Below are positions 50,147 through 63,655 of a stretch of 64,000 nt of DNA, piece after piece. The notes below the pieces were generated by a model, which saw only the letters and a program-made list of their open reading frames with translations, was not told where the DNA came from and did not search any database. Every line of letters begins with the position of its first letter. Positions within the stretch are counted from its first letter, which is position 1. The position numbers and the translations under genes are program-made. Source of the DNA: Podospora anserina (lineage: Eukaryota); the NCBI GenBank assembly GCA_017654855.1, contig CM030337.1, positions 2,108,001 to 2,172,000 of the forward strand. The letters are read 5' to 3'.

Positions 50147-52327
50147 CTTTGACTGGACAAGGTTCGCTGGACGTCGGTCGGTGTATATGGACGAGGCAAA
50201 GTATATCGCGTGCGTGTTTGAGACGGTGGGCTGTCGAGAGGAATCCGAACTGCGAGCGGTGGGATGAGTTAAGGTATGCTGTGCTTGGAAAATCCCGCGA
50301 TCTAATTCGAGCCGGTGCTGTTGTTCGATGAGGCGAAGGTCTGGTCTGTATCCGGAGCTGCGTGGAATCTGGGAGACTAATTGGAACCTCCTTGGCTAGC
50401 TAGCTATCTGCCTGCAGACATTGAAGGGCAATCTGATTGTAAAATGGCGAGAAATGGTGCTTCGAAGGGGAAATGAGGTGGTGAAAGACAAAGCACCGGC
50501 TTAACGAAGACACGGAAGTCCAGGAGATCCAAGAGGTCGTGCGATGATTGATGCTCGTTGCCCTTTGAGGGTTTGAAGGGGGGTGGGCCGAGAGCGAGAT
50601 GGGGGAGAGCGAGATGGGGAACAGCCTAAGAACGGTCGATCCACCGCTCACAGAGCAGCGCAGGTGCAGCCTGCCAGCGCCTTTAGTGCAAAACGGTTTG
50701 TCTTGGCCGAGCGTGCGGCCAGCCTCCGTCACAGGTGCAGCCACCAGGCTAGACAGGAATACCAAGAACGCCCTTTTCTTGTGCGCCCCTCAAATTGACA
50801 GTTCGTCTCGTCGTGATGGATCGTGCTTGCTGGAGCGTTTGTGAGTGCTTGCATATAGCGCAGGACCCCACTCACCTCAGCTGGGAACGGGAAGATGCGG
50901 ATGCGGGACGGGGTTGCCTGGCATGTGAGAGAGGGAGAATAGAAAGAGGGGGGAGCTGTTTCGTTTTCCAGAAATCCAGCAGAGGCAGCACCGATGAGTG
51001 TAACAACTTCTGGCCAACCGAGATTTATCACGCGGCTTCTCCTCCCCTTTCAGGAAGTCATCACCGGCCCTACTGTACACCACAAAATCCGGGGATTCTT
51101 GGCCTTGAAACTTCCACTTTGCGCTGCCCCTGTCCACACCTCTCCACTTCGCGCTGTGCACTTATCATGGAGTTGCCTGCCACAGACTTGACAAACTGCG
51201 CGCAATACGATCGATACCTTCGCCGTTTCCGGATCGTTACTCTCAACGTCAGGTCACCACTCAGCCCATTGGATTTCCCGCGCATCCCGGTGATCCAGAT
51301 ATGTACTGCTGCGGTGGACAGCTTCCAAAGCAGCGGACATCGCCAATGACCGCCAGGCGGGGGGGGGAATGGGTGCTCCAGCAGAGCAGCAGCAGTAAGT
51401 ATCCAGTGTGGCAAGCAGTAGTCATAAACGTTGTCCTTTGTTGATTTGTAAGAGGATTGCCAAAGTTTATCCTTCAACTATAAGGTAAAACGACTAATAA
51501 AATAACTGACAGTCAACTGATCTTTTTCCTAAGCTAGGAAAACGAATTCCTCGTTGATGTTTTGCTACAACCAACCACTCATCTAATATCACCAATTAGA
51601 GAATCATGCACCTTATGCAGTCCGTCCTGCATATACTCACCAACCTATGTAAAAACCCCTTTCCTACACCAACCGCAACTAGCACCTCCAAATGCCCCCG
51701 AAACACAACCCAGCAGATTGGCACCCCGAAACAAGGCCAATTTTTGTTTAAACTAATAGCCAAGCTTTTACAAACTCGTCCCTTTCCTCCTCTCCCAGGT
51801 AGGTTCTAGCCCACGAACGGGTATCATCCCCGATAGGTGGTTTGGCATACACACACACACCCACCCACCCGGGAGGGAGGTTTGGCACCACGACCGGTCC
51901 CCGTTCTCTTTAGCGTTAGATTGCCCTGTGCCTGTCACATGCTTCCGGACTTCCCCTCTGACTTTTTTTCCTCAGAGAAAAAGACCTGGAGTAAGAAATC
52001 GGTCATGAGGGGAAGGAAGAAGAAAGGTCTCCCCCGCACAGAGTCCATAGGGCTGGACTAAGGAGTAAACGGCCAGGAACCTACCTTTGTTGTTAGCTCG
52101 TGACTTCTGTGCATAGGTATGGGTTTTCAGACGAATATTGATATCCTACCTGGCATTTGAGATGGCACATGTAACCCCGAGTTTCCTGAGCCAAATGCAA
52201 TACACCAACAGATGATTCTCTACTAACGCTAAACACCTGTTCAAACTCCCCGCCCCTGATTACATGACTTCCACTCACCAACACCCCCCTTCCCCCCCTT
52301 ACCATCCCAACCACTCCCACCCCCTAC

Positions 52328-54134
52328 CTAGCCAGCATGACTAACAATCTCGTTCACCATCTCCCCTTTCTCCTCATCATAATACGAACAAATCTGATTC
52401 GGCAGCGGCAGCTCCTTGTAGTCATCATCCTCCCCAATCACATTCACATTCACCCCCGTGCTCTTGCTCGTGAAAACCCTCGTGCTCTTGCTCTCCTTAC
52501 TAAAGTAAATCTGCGCACCATCCACCTGATCCAACAGCACCGTCGGAATCTTCCCCATGACCTGCAGCGCCAAGTTCTGCGACTTGACCGCGTCAATGGT
52601 GGAGACCAAATCATCCACAACAAGAGACAATCTCGTCGTGTTTTCAATCGTGACAGCGTTCGCCTTGCCCTTGAGGACGATGGTGGTTTTGGTGCACTTG
52701 GAGATGAGGAGGGAGTGGCTCATTTCGACTTCAATCTCGATGGGTTCGTCTTGGCTGTCGTAGTTTTCCTGGAAGAAAGTCATTAGCTTGGTTTGCGATA
52801 AAACCAAGACCGCAAGCACCTACAATGGTCCACTTGTTTCCTTCAAGCACCTTCTTGGGCGGCTTCTTAACCCGCATGCTCTCCGGCTTGGGCTTCTTCC
52901 CCGGAGCCGGGCTCTTCCCGCGAGCAGAAGAGCCCTCAGACGACACCACCGAGCTCGCGCGGAGCGACGGGTTCTTATGCGTCATCTCAGACTTGTCGAC
53001 CTTCCTAAGACCCTTGGTCACCGCCTCGCCCTGGTTCAACTCCGAGAAAACAGCGCCAAACCCGCCGGCCGGAGCAGGCTCCGCCTTTTGCTCGTTAATC
53101 CTAAGAACCGGTGGAGGACCGGGAGGGGGAGGGGGGGGAGGAGGAGGAGCACCACCCGCTGGTGGCGCCGGAGCCGCAGGAGCACCAGCAGAAGGAGCAT
53201 TTTCCAGAGCCTTTGCCACCTCGGAGGCATGCTGACCGTTGGGATTCCACGTGAGTCCATCAGGGAATCTGTCCTTGACGTATTCGATCAGTGCGGGAAA
53301 GATGTTGTAATAGGCCTTGATCCATTCAAGGTGCTTCGCATCGCCACTATTCACCGTTAGATCCTACCATCCACCAACCACGCAGTCCACCAGCCAATCT
53401 CACCTCTCCTTATTAGCCGTGATGACCTTGTTTCCAAAGAACTGCGCCGAGTCCCTAGCCTCCTGAACGTGCTTGTACGGCTTGGTGGGAATGGTAGGCC
53501 AGGCCAGCACAATGATGCTGTCGGCAACAGCCGAGACATGATTGAAGAAAGGATCCGACCTATGTGCCTTGTCCTTAATGGCATTGACGGCCTTGATAAC
53601 GTCGGCAATCGGCTCAATCAACTTCTGGTACACAGGGGCATCAGCACCCTTAAGGTCGGGTCGCTTGGATTTGGTCGAAAGGTGGATGAACTTGGAGATC
53701 TCCGTGTACCCCTTCAGGGCCAGCCTGGCCTGCTCGGCGACAGGGCCACCAATCTCCTCGCTGAGTTTAACCCATTTCTCGACATGGTTGGCGATGAATG
53801 CGTTGAAATCTTCCACTTGCTCGGGGAGCTCTTCTTTCACAGGCGCAGCGGGCTTCGGGGCTGGTGGCGGCGGAGGAGGGGGTGCGAGGGCTCTGATCAA
53901 GGGAGCAGGGGTGGAACTCTGGGGAGTGGTGGTGGACGATGGGCCCTGGGGTGTCTGGGCGGCGGCGGATTCGAGATCGATTGCTGACTGCGCGATGTCC
54001 TCCAGGCGCGAAGTTGCGGCTTCCAGTCTGCGCAACAACACCGTTAGGGGGGTTCAATCGCTGTGGAGGCCGGCGTGGGTGGCATACCTCTTGATAAGAG
54101 TCGTAAAGTTATGCATGGTGCTATGGGTCGCCAT
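52328..54134 (-). CDS. SRV2: Adenylyl cyclase-associated protein (CAP); exons 54088-54134, 53404-54027, 52824-53346, 52328-52768
   Basis: LIKRLEAATSRLEDI (RLE motif), polyproline stretches, WH2-like GLRKVDKSEMTHKNP, C-terminal CARP domain ending VSHAG. Confidence 0.95.
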
Positions 54135-54222
54135 GGTGGGCGACAGGTGTGTGCCTAAGCAAAGGAGATGATGCGTACAAGTGTTTTGTTTTGTTGTTGT
54201 TGTTGTTGTTGTAGGTAAGTTG

Positions 54223-54224
<2 letters not shown>

Positions 54225-54287
<63 letters not shown>
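54225..54287. repeat. (GA)n microsatellite upstream of CAP
   Basis: About 31 units. Confidence 0.95.
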
Positions 54288-54290
<3 letters not shown>

Positions 54291-54645
54291 GATAAGTGTA
54301 CTTACAACAAGCAGGTTCCAGGTTGTTGGGGGCGTTCGTAACTGAGCTGCCTCATCCTTGTGTCAAGCTAAGCTCCTGGCTCCAAGGGGAGGTGGGGTTG
54401 CTTGGAGCTCCACCCGCCGTGTCCAATGATATCCATGTGTTTCTTACAGCCTCGTTGTTGCAAAGCCACCGCACTATGTCGGCTTAGAGGATCAAAACTT
54501 CTGCCTATGTCAGGATCATGATATATGTATTCTTTTATGTCACCTCCCTACCCAATACCTCACTATATAGGTACTGCCCATCATTTTATATATACCTTCC
54601 TTTTTAGTATCCACATGACACCCCCCACATTCCACATACTCCCCA

Positions 54646-57600
54646 TCATATCCTCCCGTCAGCCTTCCCATCGCCCACCACCCCATTTTTCTTCTCCCCA
54701 TTTCCAACAACCTTCTCCTCCCTCTCAACCTCCACCCCCGAGATAAACACCCCGCTAACCGGCTCCAAAGCCGCCACAAACACACACAACAAGCTCGCAA
54801 TCACAAAGTGGCTGATCGTGCTCCCAATCTCAAGCCACGACCCTTCATCCTTGACCACCCAAAAGAAATAGAGCGTCAACACGTCACTGACCGCCATAAC
54901 CGTCATAAACAGCGCCGAGGGCGCAACCCCCAGCCTCTTGTTCAGAATCCCAAGATTGGCCGAAATCAGAGCAAATGGAATCATCAACTTCAAGATCAAC
55001 AGAGCGCCTTGCGAAAAGGGGTCAAAGATGGGAATGAGCCGCAGCACCGACTCGAGAGAGAAGGAAGAGACAGAGGCGACGTTTCCGGTGGAGAAGAATG
55101 CTGACTGGATGAGCACTAGGAAGAACAGCGAGGTGCGGAGGTCGGGAAGAGTCAGAGGGCGGTGGTCGATGCCCTCGGGAGATGGTGGTGGAGGGGGCGA
55201 AGCGCGGTAGATGGCGTGCTCGAGTCTCACCCAGCTGACCAGCACCGCAGAGAAAGCCACGTAGAAGAGGCCTTCATACGAGATGGTCAAGATGACAAAG
55301 GTCGGGGCGCAGGTGAGGAAGATGATGAGCAGCCGATGGAGGTAGTGCGTGTTCGACTCATTGCTGGGTACAAGCTTATAGGCCAGAGGCATCAGAAGAG
55401 ACAGCACCAGGACAACCCAGCCTATGATTTGGTTGCCTCGAGGAAGGCCTTGTTTGGCCTGCAGCGAGAGTGCGCTGGAGCGCGTGACAACCATGGCCAA
55501 GGCTGTGAGGCCAATTTGGACGCCCACAAGGGTGCGGGAGAAGTGATTTTGCGTTGGCGAGGCTTGTTCGGTAGGGCGGGAGAAGTCGGCGAGGATATAG
55601 TCTTCAAACATCAGATAAACAAGGCCGATAAGAACCATAATACCGCCACCGCCAACACTGATGAAGGGTCAGTATCGCTCAAGAAGTGGCTGGAGGGAGG
55701 GATACGAACATTTGATTAACATCCTCGGTCTTCATGGCCGGGAGTAATGTGAATGTGCTCATGGCCAGGCATGAGAGGAACCATGTGGCGGACAGAGCAG
55801 CATGCTCTCGCAGGAAAGAAAATCCATAGGCGATAGGCCAGAAAGCGCCAATTGCATAGAGACCAGTCAAGATCTCACGGTGAATGTATCCCAGCGCCTA
55901 TATGAGTTAGCATCAGGATGATTTGGGTGAGGGAAGACCGAGAAACATACCAGTGATACGATGATTGCAATGTAAATTGCCGTGTTGAACAAAAGCGAAA
56001 CAACACTTGCGCCCGACTTTACGTGGCCGAACAGTTGCTTGCCCCCCGCTGCAATACTTTCCCGTCGAGCATAGACCCCCTCCCAGAAGAATACTGGGAA
56101 GAAAGCATAGAGATAGTAGGTAGGGGGCGACTTGGAGATGACGAAGGAGGCGTAAAGAGCAACCAGGATAGACGAGGCGACGACAGTGCCACCCAGTGTT
56201 CTGGAAGGCTTCACCTTTCCGTGCAAGACATGCAAATCAATGACAGTCGTCAGAGCATATGCCATCCAGCCAAAGTACCCGATGGTGATCAAAGCTCGCA
56301 AGAACAGCCAGTCATATCTCTGGAGGTATTTGAGACCACCGAGCCCGATTTTCATCAGGGCGGCAGATTCCTCAATCGCCTCCTCATAATTTCCACTCCT
56401 AATAAGCTTCTTGACGTCGGCAACGCGACGTTCAGCCGTAAGACCGTTCTCGCTCAGCGGCTTATAAGGTCTGTACCTGAGCTCGGTAGCCATTTTCTGT
56501 TCCTCCTTGACGCGATACTGCTCCAGGACACCCTGAGCATTAACAAGCGATGCCTTGGCCTTTTCTTTCAAATCGGCCGCAAGGAAAGGTAACGGCAACT
56601 CGCCCACCGAGTTTGCGGGAAACTCGACCCCAATAAGATAAGCCATGAGCGCAGCAACGTCCGCCTGCGCAACATCGTGCCTCCTGACGTGGTCGAGATT
56701 CCAGTCCGAAGAGTACTCGTCATGTCCAGGGGCCACCCCTCCAGGGTACAGCTCAGGCTTGGCAACCCCTGAGCCCCAAGAAATCAAGGGAGTTCGCGTG
56801 TTGTCCGGATGGCCGTCGCCGTGGCTTCCCCAGTCACTCATACCATGGTCGGCCGTGAACACAAATGCCGTCCTGCCGTCGCGATAGAAATCTTCGATCA
56901 ACTCGGTAATTTCCTTTACGCCTTGGTCCACCACCTTGATATTATTCAGGTACTCCTTGGAATACGGACGGTGGAAGTGACCGGTGGTATCCAATCCCAA
57001 AAGATGCAGGAAGAAGACAATCCTGTCTTGTCGCAGCGCATCACCGAGCGTCTTGTTCGTCTTGGCCTCGGCGAACAGCTCCTTAACATGGTCGAATACC
57101 CAAAGATCCAAAACAAGAGCATCGCTCGAAAAGTCCTCCATTTCATGGCCGTACATGTAAGCATCAACCCTCCCAGGAACAGCACCGTGCTCAAACATTG
57201 GCAAAATATCGGGACTACCCCAACTCCAAGTATGTCTGCTGCGGTTGAACACGCTGTCAAAGTTGACCGGGTTCATCTTCCAGCCGGTGGTGACAGCCGA
57301 GACATCTTCGTAGAGACCTGCAATAAGCGCAACATGGCCTGGTCTGGATTCGGTGGGAACGCGTGTGTGGGAAACACCAAACGTGCCTTTCTCGAGGATC
57401 TTGGATCGCAGAAAAGGGGCCAGGGGTCTTGGCACAAGGTCGTTGTCGGATTTCGGGTAGGGCTCGGGGTGGGACTGAAATGCTTTGTCGGCGCGCAATC
57501 CGTCTCCTAGAAAGTACACATTGTGTAAGTTGAGAGACTTGACAAGAAAGGGGCCAGTCGAGTGTACGTACCCACAAACAAAACTAGACGATCCGCAGGC

Positions 57601-57749
57601 GCTCGCTGCGATGGTGGCCTTTCGACTTCGAACAGGCGCATTCCCGAGACGATGGGACTGACGAAGTAAATGTCGAAAATAGAGTAAATGTAGGCAAGGT
57701 GAAAAATGACGGCAATTGCTAAAAACCGAAACCGTGGAAACGAAGCCAT
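54646..57749 (-). CDS. MCD4: GPI ethanolamine phosphate transferase 1 (PIG-N); exons 57572-57749, 55951-57506, 55710-55897, 54646-55657
   Basis: SIFDIYFVSPIV, LFVGDGLRAD, PTESRPGHVALIAG, FTADHGMSDWGSHGDG, FFSTGNVAS, EGSWLEIG; many TM segments. Confidence 0.96.
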
Positions 57750-58208
57750 ACTGGTACACGGTGGTGGCCGGGTGCGCCGACCTCGAAAGATGCAAGCTCT
57801 GGTAAATTGTTGCAACGAGAGTCGCGAAGCAAAAGAAGGATTAGATCAAAGTGGGCAAAACGATTGAGTACTGGCGCAACATGGCGCAACAACAACAACA
57901 ACAACAACAACAACAGTCAAAACAGGCGCGATGGAATATGTTGGAGGGGGAAAAATGGGTTCACGGTGGAGGACACTCAACGGTGAACCGTGATGGCTGA
58001 AGTCCCCAGGATCAGGTAAGCTTTTGGATGCCGACTGGTGGGTACACCAAACGTTTTCTCGCGCCTCGTTGCATCGGACCGGCTGTCATCTGGACAGGGG
58101 TCTTTCAGGGGCTGCAGGCCAGTCAACTGTGGGCAGTGGCTTTATAGTGGATAACGTGACTTCGCGGCACCACTTTACGCTTTCCACAGGAGCAAAAGTC
58201 GCGACTTG

Positions 58209-58214
58209 ACGCGT
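58209..58214. promoter_or_regulatory. MCB element (ACGCGT) about 90 bp upstream of POL32, with neighbouring CGCG cores
   Basis: Perfect ACGCGT plus adjacent GTCGCGAC in the promoter of a replication gene. Confidence 0.6.
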
Positions 58215-58303
58215 TCCCATCCGGCACCTCATTCACTCCCATCCAACTGCCTCGCCCTTGGATTCATCAGTTTGAATGAAAACAATCACACCAGTCAATC
58301 ATC

Positions 58304-59843
58304 ATGGACACATATCTCAAATATCTGTCTGAGACCGTTCTCGCGGAGGAAAAGGTGGTATGCACAGGGCATTTCCGGGCTGTTATGGCATTTGACACTT
58401 GCTAACATGGACAGGTCGATTATGTTCTGTTGAGCCAGACTCTCCAAGTGCCGGTCAACATTGCCAAGCAGTACGTTTCCCACTCAAGGTTCATTCAGGA
58501 AAACTCTACTGATTTGTTGCGACAGGATGCTCTATGAGTTTCACCGGACTCAAAATGCGAAGCGCCCTGGAAGTGTACATGCCACTTATCTCATCTATGG
58601 AGTGAAGTACAACACCAATTCTGAGAATGGAGGAGACGAGGACATGCCCGATGCGGACTCGGTGACCGACGTTGTTCCTGTCTACCATCTTCACCTGGTC
58701 ACAGAGGAGAAGCTCAGAGGTGAGTTTCCAAGCTCCAGCCCGGTGTCACATTCAAGGGCATGTGCTTATTGTCTGTAAGATGTTCTGGCGGAATATGAAG
58801 AGGTTGCGACAATTCACGTCTACAGCGTCTCTCCACAACCCGTCAAGGTTTGTTGCTGATTCATCGATGCTCCGAACCAGGACCAAGCTGACACTCTTCT
58901 CAGGACATGGCCTTGCTGGCAGATCTCGCGCAAGAGGTCCGCAAAAGTGACAAACAGGTCCCAGTCAGCATAACCAACCCCAATGTGCGCACTCGGGAGC
59001 GAAAGGGCCTTGGTCCCAAAGCCGCCACTGCTGTCACGGCTGCTGTCAAGCAACAACCAAAAGCCACTTCAACGGTCAAGGAGGAACCCAAGGTCGCTGT
59101 GGAAACCAAGCCAGCTGAGCAAACCAAGCCAGCTGTAAAGACCGAGAAACCTGCAAAGGCCGCAACTTCAGCCCCGGCCAAGAAGCCAGCACCTGCCAGG
59201 AGCTCTGGTATCATGGCTGCCTTTTCCAAGGCGACAGCACTGCCCAAGAAAGAAAAATCATCAAAGCCGGCGTCACCAGCTGTCACGGAGACGAACACGC
59301 CGGCACTGTCTGACGAAGATGACGACGAAGAGGAGATGCCCCAGCCAAAGGCTCGTCCCAAGCCCGGATCCAAGACCAAGAAACAGAGGGAGGAGGATTT
59401 GCGGCGCATGATGGAAGAGGACGATAACGAGGAGGCGCCGGCTTCAGAGAGAGCTGAGTCTCCCGAAGAGCCTGAGCCTGAGCCGATGGAAGCAGAGGAA
59501 GAGGCGCCAGAACCTGTCGAGGAAGAGAAGGAGGTTGTTGAAACAACGAGCAACGGGCGCCGGCGTGGTAGGAGAAGAGTGATGCGAAAGAAGCAGATTA
59601 TGGATGAGCAAGGATACCTTGGTAAGTCCCTACGATCAGTTCTCAACTATCACGAGACTAACAATCTGCCCAGTTACCATCCAAGAACCTGGGTGGGAGT
59701 CTTTCTCGGAAGATGAAGCTCCTCCGCCGCCCAAGGTCGTCAAGACCACCAGCTCTGCTTCTTCAACCCAGGGTTCCAAGGCGAAGAAGCCGGCGGCCAA
59801 AGGTCAAGGCAGCATTATGTCTTTCTTTTCCAAGAAGGCTTGA
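58304..59843 (+). CDS. POL32: DNA polymerase delta subunit 3 (Pol32/Cdc27); exons 58304-58357, 58415-58470, 58526-58719, 58780-58847, 58904-59621, 59674-59843
   Basis: VNIAKQMLYEFH, VHATYLIYG, DEQGYLVT, WESFSEDE and C-terminal PIP box QGSIMSFF. Confidence 0.93.
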
Positions 59844-60325
59844 ATGTGTTTCTAGTAGATGTAACCACGCTTGTCTTAAAAGACGGCCAAATGATTTAAT
59901 ATTCATGAGCATGAACCATACAAATTGACACATGAGATCTCATGTTCAGATGTCAGAAGTGAAGGCTGCATGGGTTCCTGGCTCCGACGACGGTCAGGGG
60001 CTCTTCCCCGCATTTGCCGGGATTCCTAGCTCGCCAAGCCTAGGGCTGCAGGAGAGCTGTTTGTTATCTTATCCGGTGTCAGCACAACGTTAACTTCCCC
60101 AAGGAATGGTCTCCAAGTCTTGTGCCCGCTGCTCAATTGACACCTTGACAACAACCCTCCGAGTAATTTCCATATCGGAGGTCATCTTTTTGCCTTCTCG
60201 TTCTTATAAAAGCATGTGGAGTGTGTTATGATGCGTTGCGATTGTCCCTGAGCCAGCCCGTCATCGGTTTCACCCCACCATAAACCCCGATTGTTCACAG
60301 AAGCGCAAGAGTGCGCGCGGCAACG

Positions 60326-62064
60326 ATGGCTCAACTTCGATGGAGCTATCTCTTGCTGCCGTTGCTGGCATTTGACTATGCGCCAGCATCGGCAACAGTT
60401 GGAGATTACGCGAACCAAGAGCCGCTGACGCACAAGTTTGACAAGTCGGCTTGTCCAGACTACGCCCACTACGCTACCTATCCCCAGTAAGGCAATTTCT
60501 CAGCAGCTCCATGATTGCTTGGACACAGGTAGAAACTAAGCATTCCCACCACAGCGGACCATACTCCAAAGGACCCCTCGAACTCCCCTTCCAAAGACCC
60601 GACCCACGATGCCGAACATTCCAGTCCGACGCAATCGAAAAGGTCATCAAGGACGTCACCTCTCGGATGAAAGACCCAGACCTTGCGCGCCTGTTTGAGA
60701 ACGCTTTCCCTTCCACGACAGACACGACGGTCAGGTTCCATACAGACGGAAAAGACGAAAAGATCAAGAAGAAGCTCCAGGAGAGAGAAAAGGGGAACAG
60801 CTTCCGGGAGGATGGCGAGTGGGAAGGGCCGCAGTCGTTCATCATCACGGGGGATATCATTGCTGAGTGGTTGCGGGATAGCACCAACCAGCTTAAGCCG
60901 TATCAACCCCTTGCGCTGAAGGATCCGGCGATCTACACTCTGATTCTGGGGGCGATCAACACCCAGAGCGAATATGTCATCCAGAGCCCTTACTGCAACG
61001 CGTTTCAACCACCGCCTATTTCGGGACTGCCGGTGAGCATGAACGGCCAGGACGACACGGTTCACCCGGTATATGAACCGAACGTTGTGTTTGAGTGCAA
61101 ATACGAGCTTGACTCTGTCGCGCACTTTTTGGCGTTGGGCAATGAGTTTCATAAGCAGACGAATAGCAAGGAGTTCATCAACCCCCGCTGGCGGAAGGCT
61201 GTGAGGAACGTTCTGAGGGTGTTGGAGTCGCAGAGCCAGCCGACGTTTGATTCTGCCACGGGGGGGTACAGGTTGAACGAGTATACTTTCCAACGGAGGA
61301 CCAATACCGGGACGGAGACGCTTAATCTTCAGGGTGTGGGGAATCCGCTGAATAATGGGACTGGGCTGGTGAGGTCTGCGTTCCGGCCCAGTGATGATGC
61401 GACGATTTTTGGGTTTTTCATCCCGGCTAATGCGCAGATGAGTGTTGAGCTCGGGCGGGCGGCGGCTGTGCTGAGGAAGACGGGGGATGGGGGTGATAGG
61501 CTGCTTGCGGAGGAGATGGAGGGGTACAGCAAGAGGATGAGGGAGGGAATTTGGGAGCATGGGGTTGTTACGCATAGGAAGTATGGCAGGGTTTTTGCTT
61601 ATGAGGTTGACGGGTTTGGGAGTGCGTTGATGATGGATGATGCGAATTACCCGTCGCTTTTGGCGCTGCCGTTGATGGGGTTTGTTGGGGTGGAGGATGA
61701 GGTGTATCAGAATACGAGGAGGATGTTGCTGGAGAAGGAGGGGAATCCGTATTATTTGAAGGGGAGGGACTTTAGGGGGATTGGGGGGCCGCACATTGGG
61801 TTGCAGAACGCGTGGCCGATGAGCTTGTTGGTTCAGGCGAGGACGAGTGGGGATGATGAGGAGATTAGGGAGTGTCTTGGGTTGGTGCTGAGGGGGAGTC
61901 GGTTGGGGTTGGTGCATGAGAGTGTTGATGTTAATTGGGTGACCAGTTATACGAGGAGTTGGTTTGCGTGGGCTAATGGGGTGTTTGCCGAGACGGTTTT
62001 GGATCTGGCGAGGAGGAAGCCCGAGTTGATTTTTGAGGATGGGAGGCCGTATGAAATATCGTGA
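60326..62064 (+). CDS. Secreted glycoside hydrolase family 125 (DUF1237, exo-alpha-1,6-mannosidase-like); intron 60487-60554
   Basis: Signal-peptide-like N-terminus, CPDY, ITGDIIAEWLRDS, ECKYELDS, SAFRPSDD, MDDANYPSLL, RSWFAWAN. Confidence 0.9.
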
Positions 62065-62569
62065 GGGTGGCTTCTGGGGTTTGATTCGGCTTGGTTATCT
62101 CTCTTGTTCTTCTTCTTTTCGGATAGCATTGGGCATTGGTGACTGGTTATCATATCATTCAGAGGCAGCTGTGATGGCTGGAGTCTTGTATACCTTGGCT
62201 ACTTTCTCGACTCGTAAGAAATGACGATATTATTCTCCCGACGCACAACAGCAGGGTTATGGAATTCAGCGGTACGTTGGAAACAAATTCGAGCTGGCGT
62301 CTGCCGTTTGCGACCATGAGAGGGGCTGAAGGAAAGCTGATGGTCATGTCAGATCACCTCGGTCAGCCTGACCATCAAGGTACCCATGAAGAAGAGGGAA
62401 ATGTGCTCGGGAACGACAACAGAAGCCGCTGCCAACATGTATTCGCGGGCAGTGTGATGAGTTGGTGAGAAAAACAAAGTAATTAATTTTACTGTTCGTT
62501 TATCATTACTCCTCCCTGTTCCCTTTCCACTCAGACAAGCCTTCATCAATTCAGCGTAACGCCCCCCTT

Positions 62570-63154
62570 CTAGCCCGTCATATCAACATCCCCATCATCA
62601 TTCCCCCCCCTCCTCGCAACAACCGCCTCCGCCTCAGCCTCCAACTGCGCATTCGGATCCCCAGCATCACTCATGCTCAAAATCCTGCTCCGTTGAACTC
62701 CCCCATCCGGCGAACTCCCAGCCCCATTGGCAGCGACCTTGTGTTTCTTCCCATTGGGCATCCCCCCCTCAGGCTGATCCCCACTCGGTTTATCCCCGCC
62801 CTTGACCCTCGTTCTGGCAGCAGCGGCTTTGCCTTTGACGTCCTTGTAGGAGGTCGTCTTGGGGACCACGTCCTCGAGGAATTCCAAGTTGTCCTGGTGG
62901 GCGACGGCGTTGGCAATGTCTTTGTACTGGATGTTTCGGCGGGGTTTCCGTTCGAGTTTTGTTTTCTCCTGGGCTTGTTCGGCGAGGTACTGGACGAACA
63001 TTTCGGTCGCGAGGGTGATGACGAAGGCTGCGTTGTTGGAGCAGACTTGGATGTCGGGGTCTTGGGCGATGATTTTTTTGACGCGGGTGAGGGGGAGCTG
63101 GGTTTGGCCGGTGACTTCCTTGCGGGGGGGGATGGCGGTGGTGTTGTAGGGCAT
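62570..63154 (-). CDS. DPB3: H2A-like histone-fold protein, Pol epsilon/CHRAC subunit Dpb3/Dls1-like; intronless
   Basis: LPLTRVKKIIAQDPDI...ATEMFVQYLA...IQYKDIANAV...LEFLEDVVP histone fold; exact paralogue assignment is tentative. Confidence 0.78.
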   Translation of the reverse strand: MPYNTTAIPPRKEVTGQTQLPLTRVKKIIAQDPDIQVCSNNAAFVITLATEMFVQYLAEQAQEKTKLERKPRRNIQYKDIANAVAHQDNLEFLEDVVPKTTSYKDVKGKAAAARTRVKGGDKPSGDQPEGGMPNGKKHKVAANGAGSSPDGGVQRSRILSMSDAGDPNAQLEAEAEAVVARRGGNDDGDVDMTG

Positions 63155-63655
63155 CTTGATGAGATGGGGAGTGAGGGTTGGCGAGATGGAGGATTCGGTG
63201 TGGTGAGGGTGGTTACTTCTCTTGAACTGTGTCTCTGAAAAGAAGCATTGGCGCTTCGGGTGAAGCTGGTATGAATCGGCCGTCGTTGCTGATCAGACTG
63301 ATACCTGATGATGTGAATGAGGCTGTCGTCAAGTCAAAAGATCAAGACACGGCGCGTGAGACGCGATCAAAGGGTCCATGGCGCGCGCATCCAATCAAAT
63401 CCACAGGCCTCAAAGAGAGGCGTCGTTGAGAACCCCACCGAAAGCTGCCAGGGACGAACGAGTTGAATTAGCGGCTGAGCCAAGCCTTTTTCCAGGCGGG
63501 GGGGACCCCTCTGATTGAGAGCCGCCGAGTCCACCACACCACATGTCATCAGCCTTGTAGCGACGCAATCGCGATCACCAGCCTCCTCTTGATTTCCAAG
63601 TCAACCACCTAATGACCCAAAGACCGCCAGCGACAAACAGGTGGCCCGGGGCGCC

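Noticed and set aside
59930-59945. Perfect 16-bp palindrome ACATGAGATCTCATGT in the POL32 3' region
   Set aside because: About one such palindrome is expected by chance in 64 kb; no other support.
62220-62345. Possible C/D box snoRNA (ATGACGA ... CTGA) between GH125 and DPB3
   Set aside because: Imperfect C box, no terminal stem and no recognisable rRNA guide.
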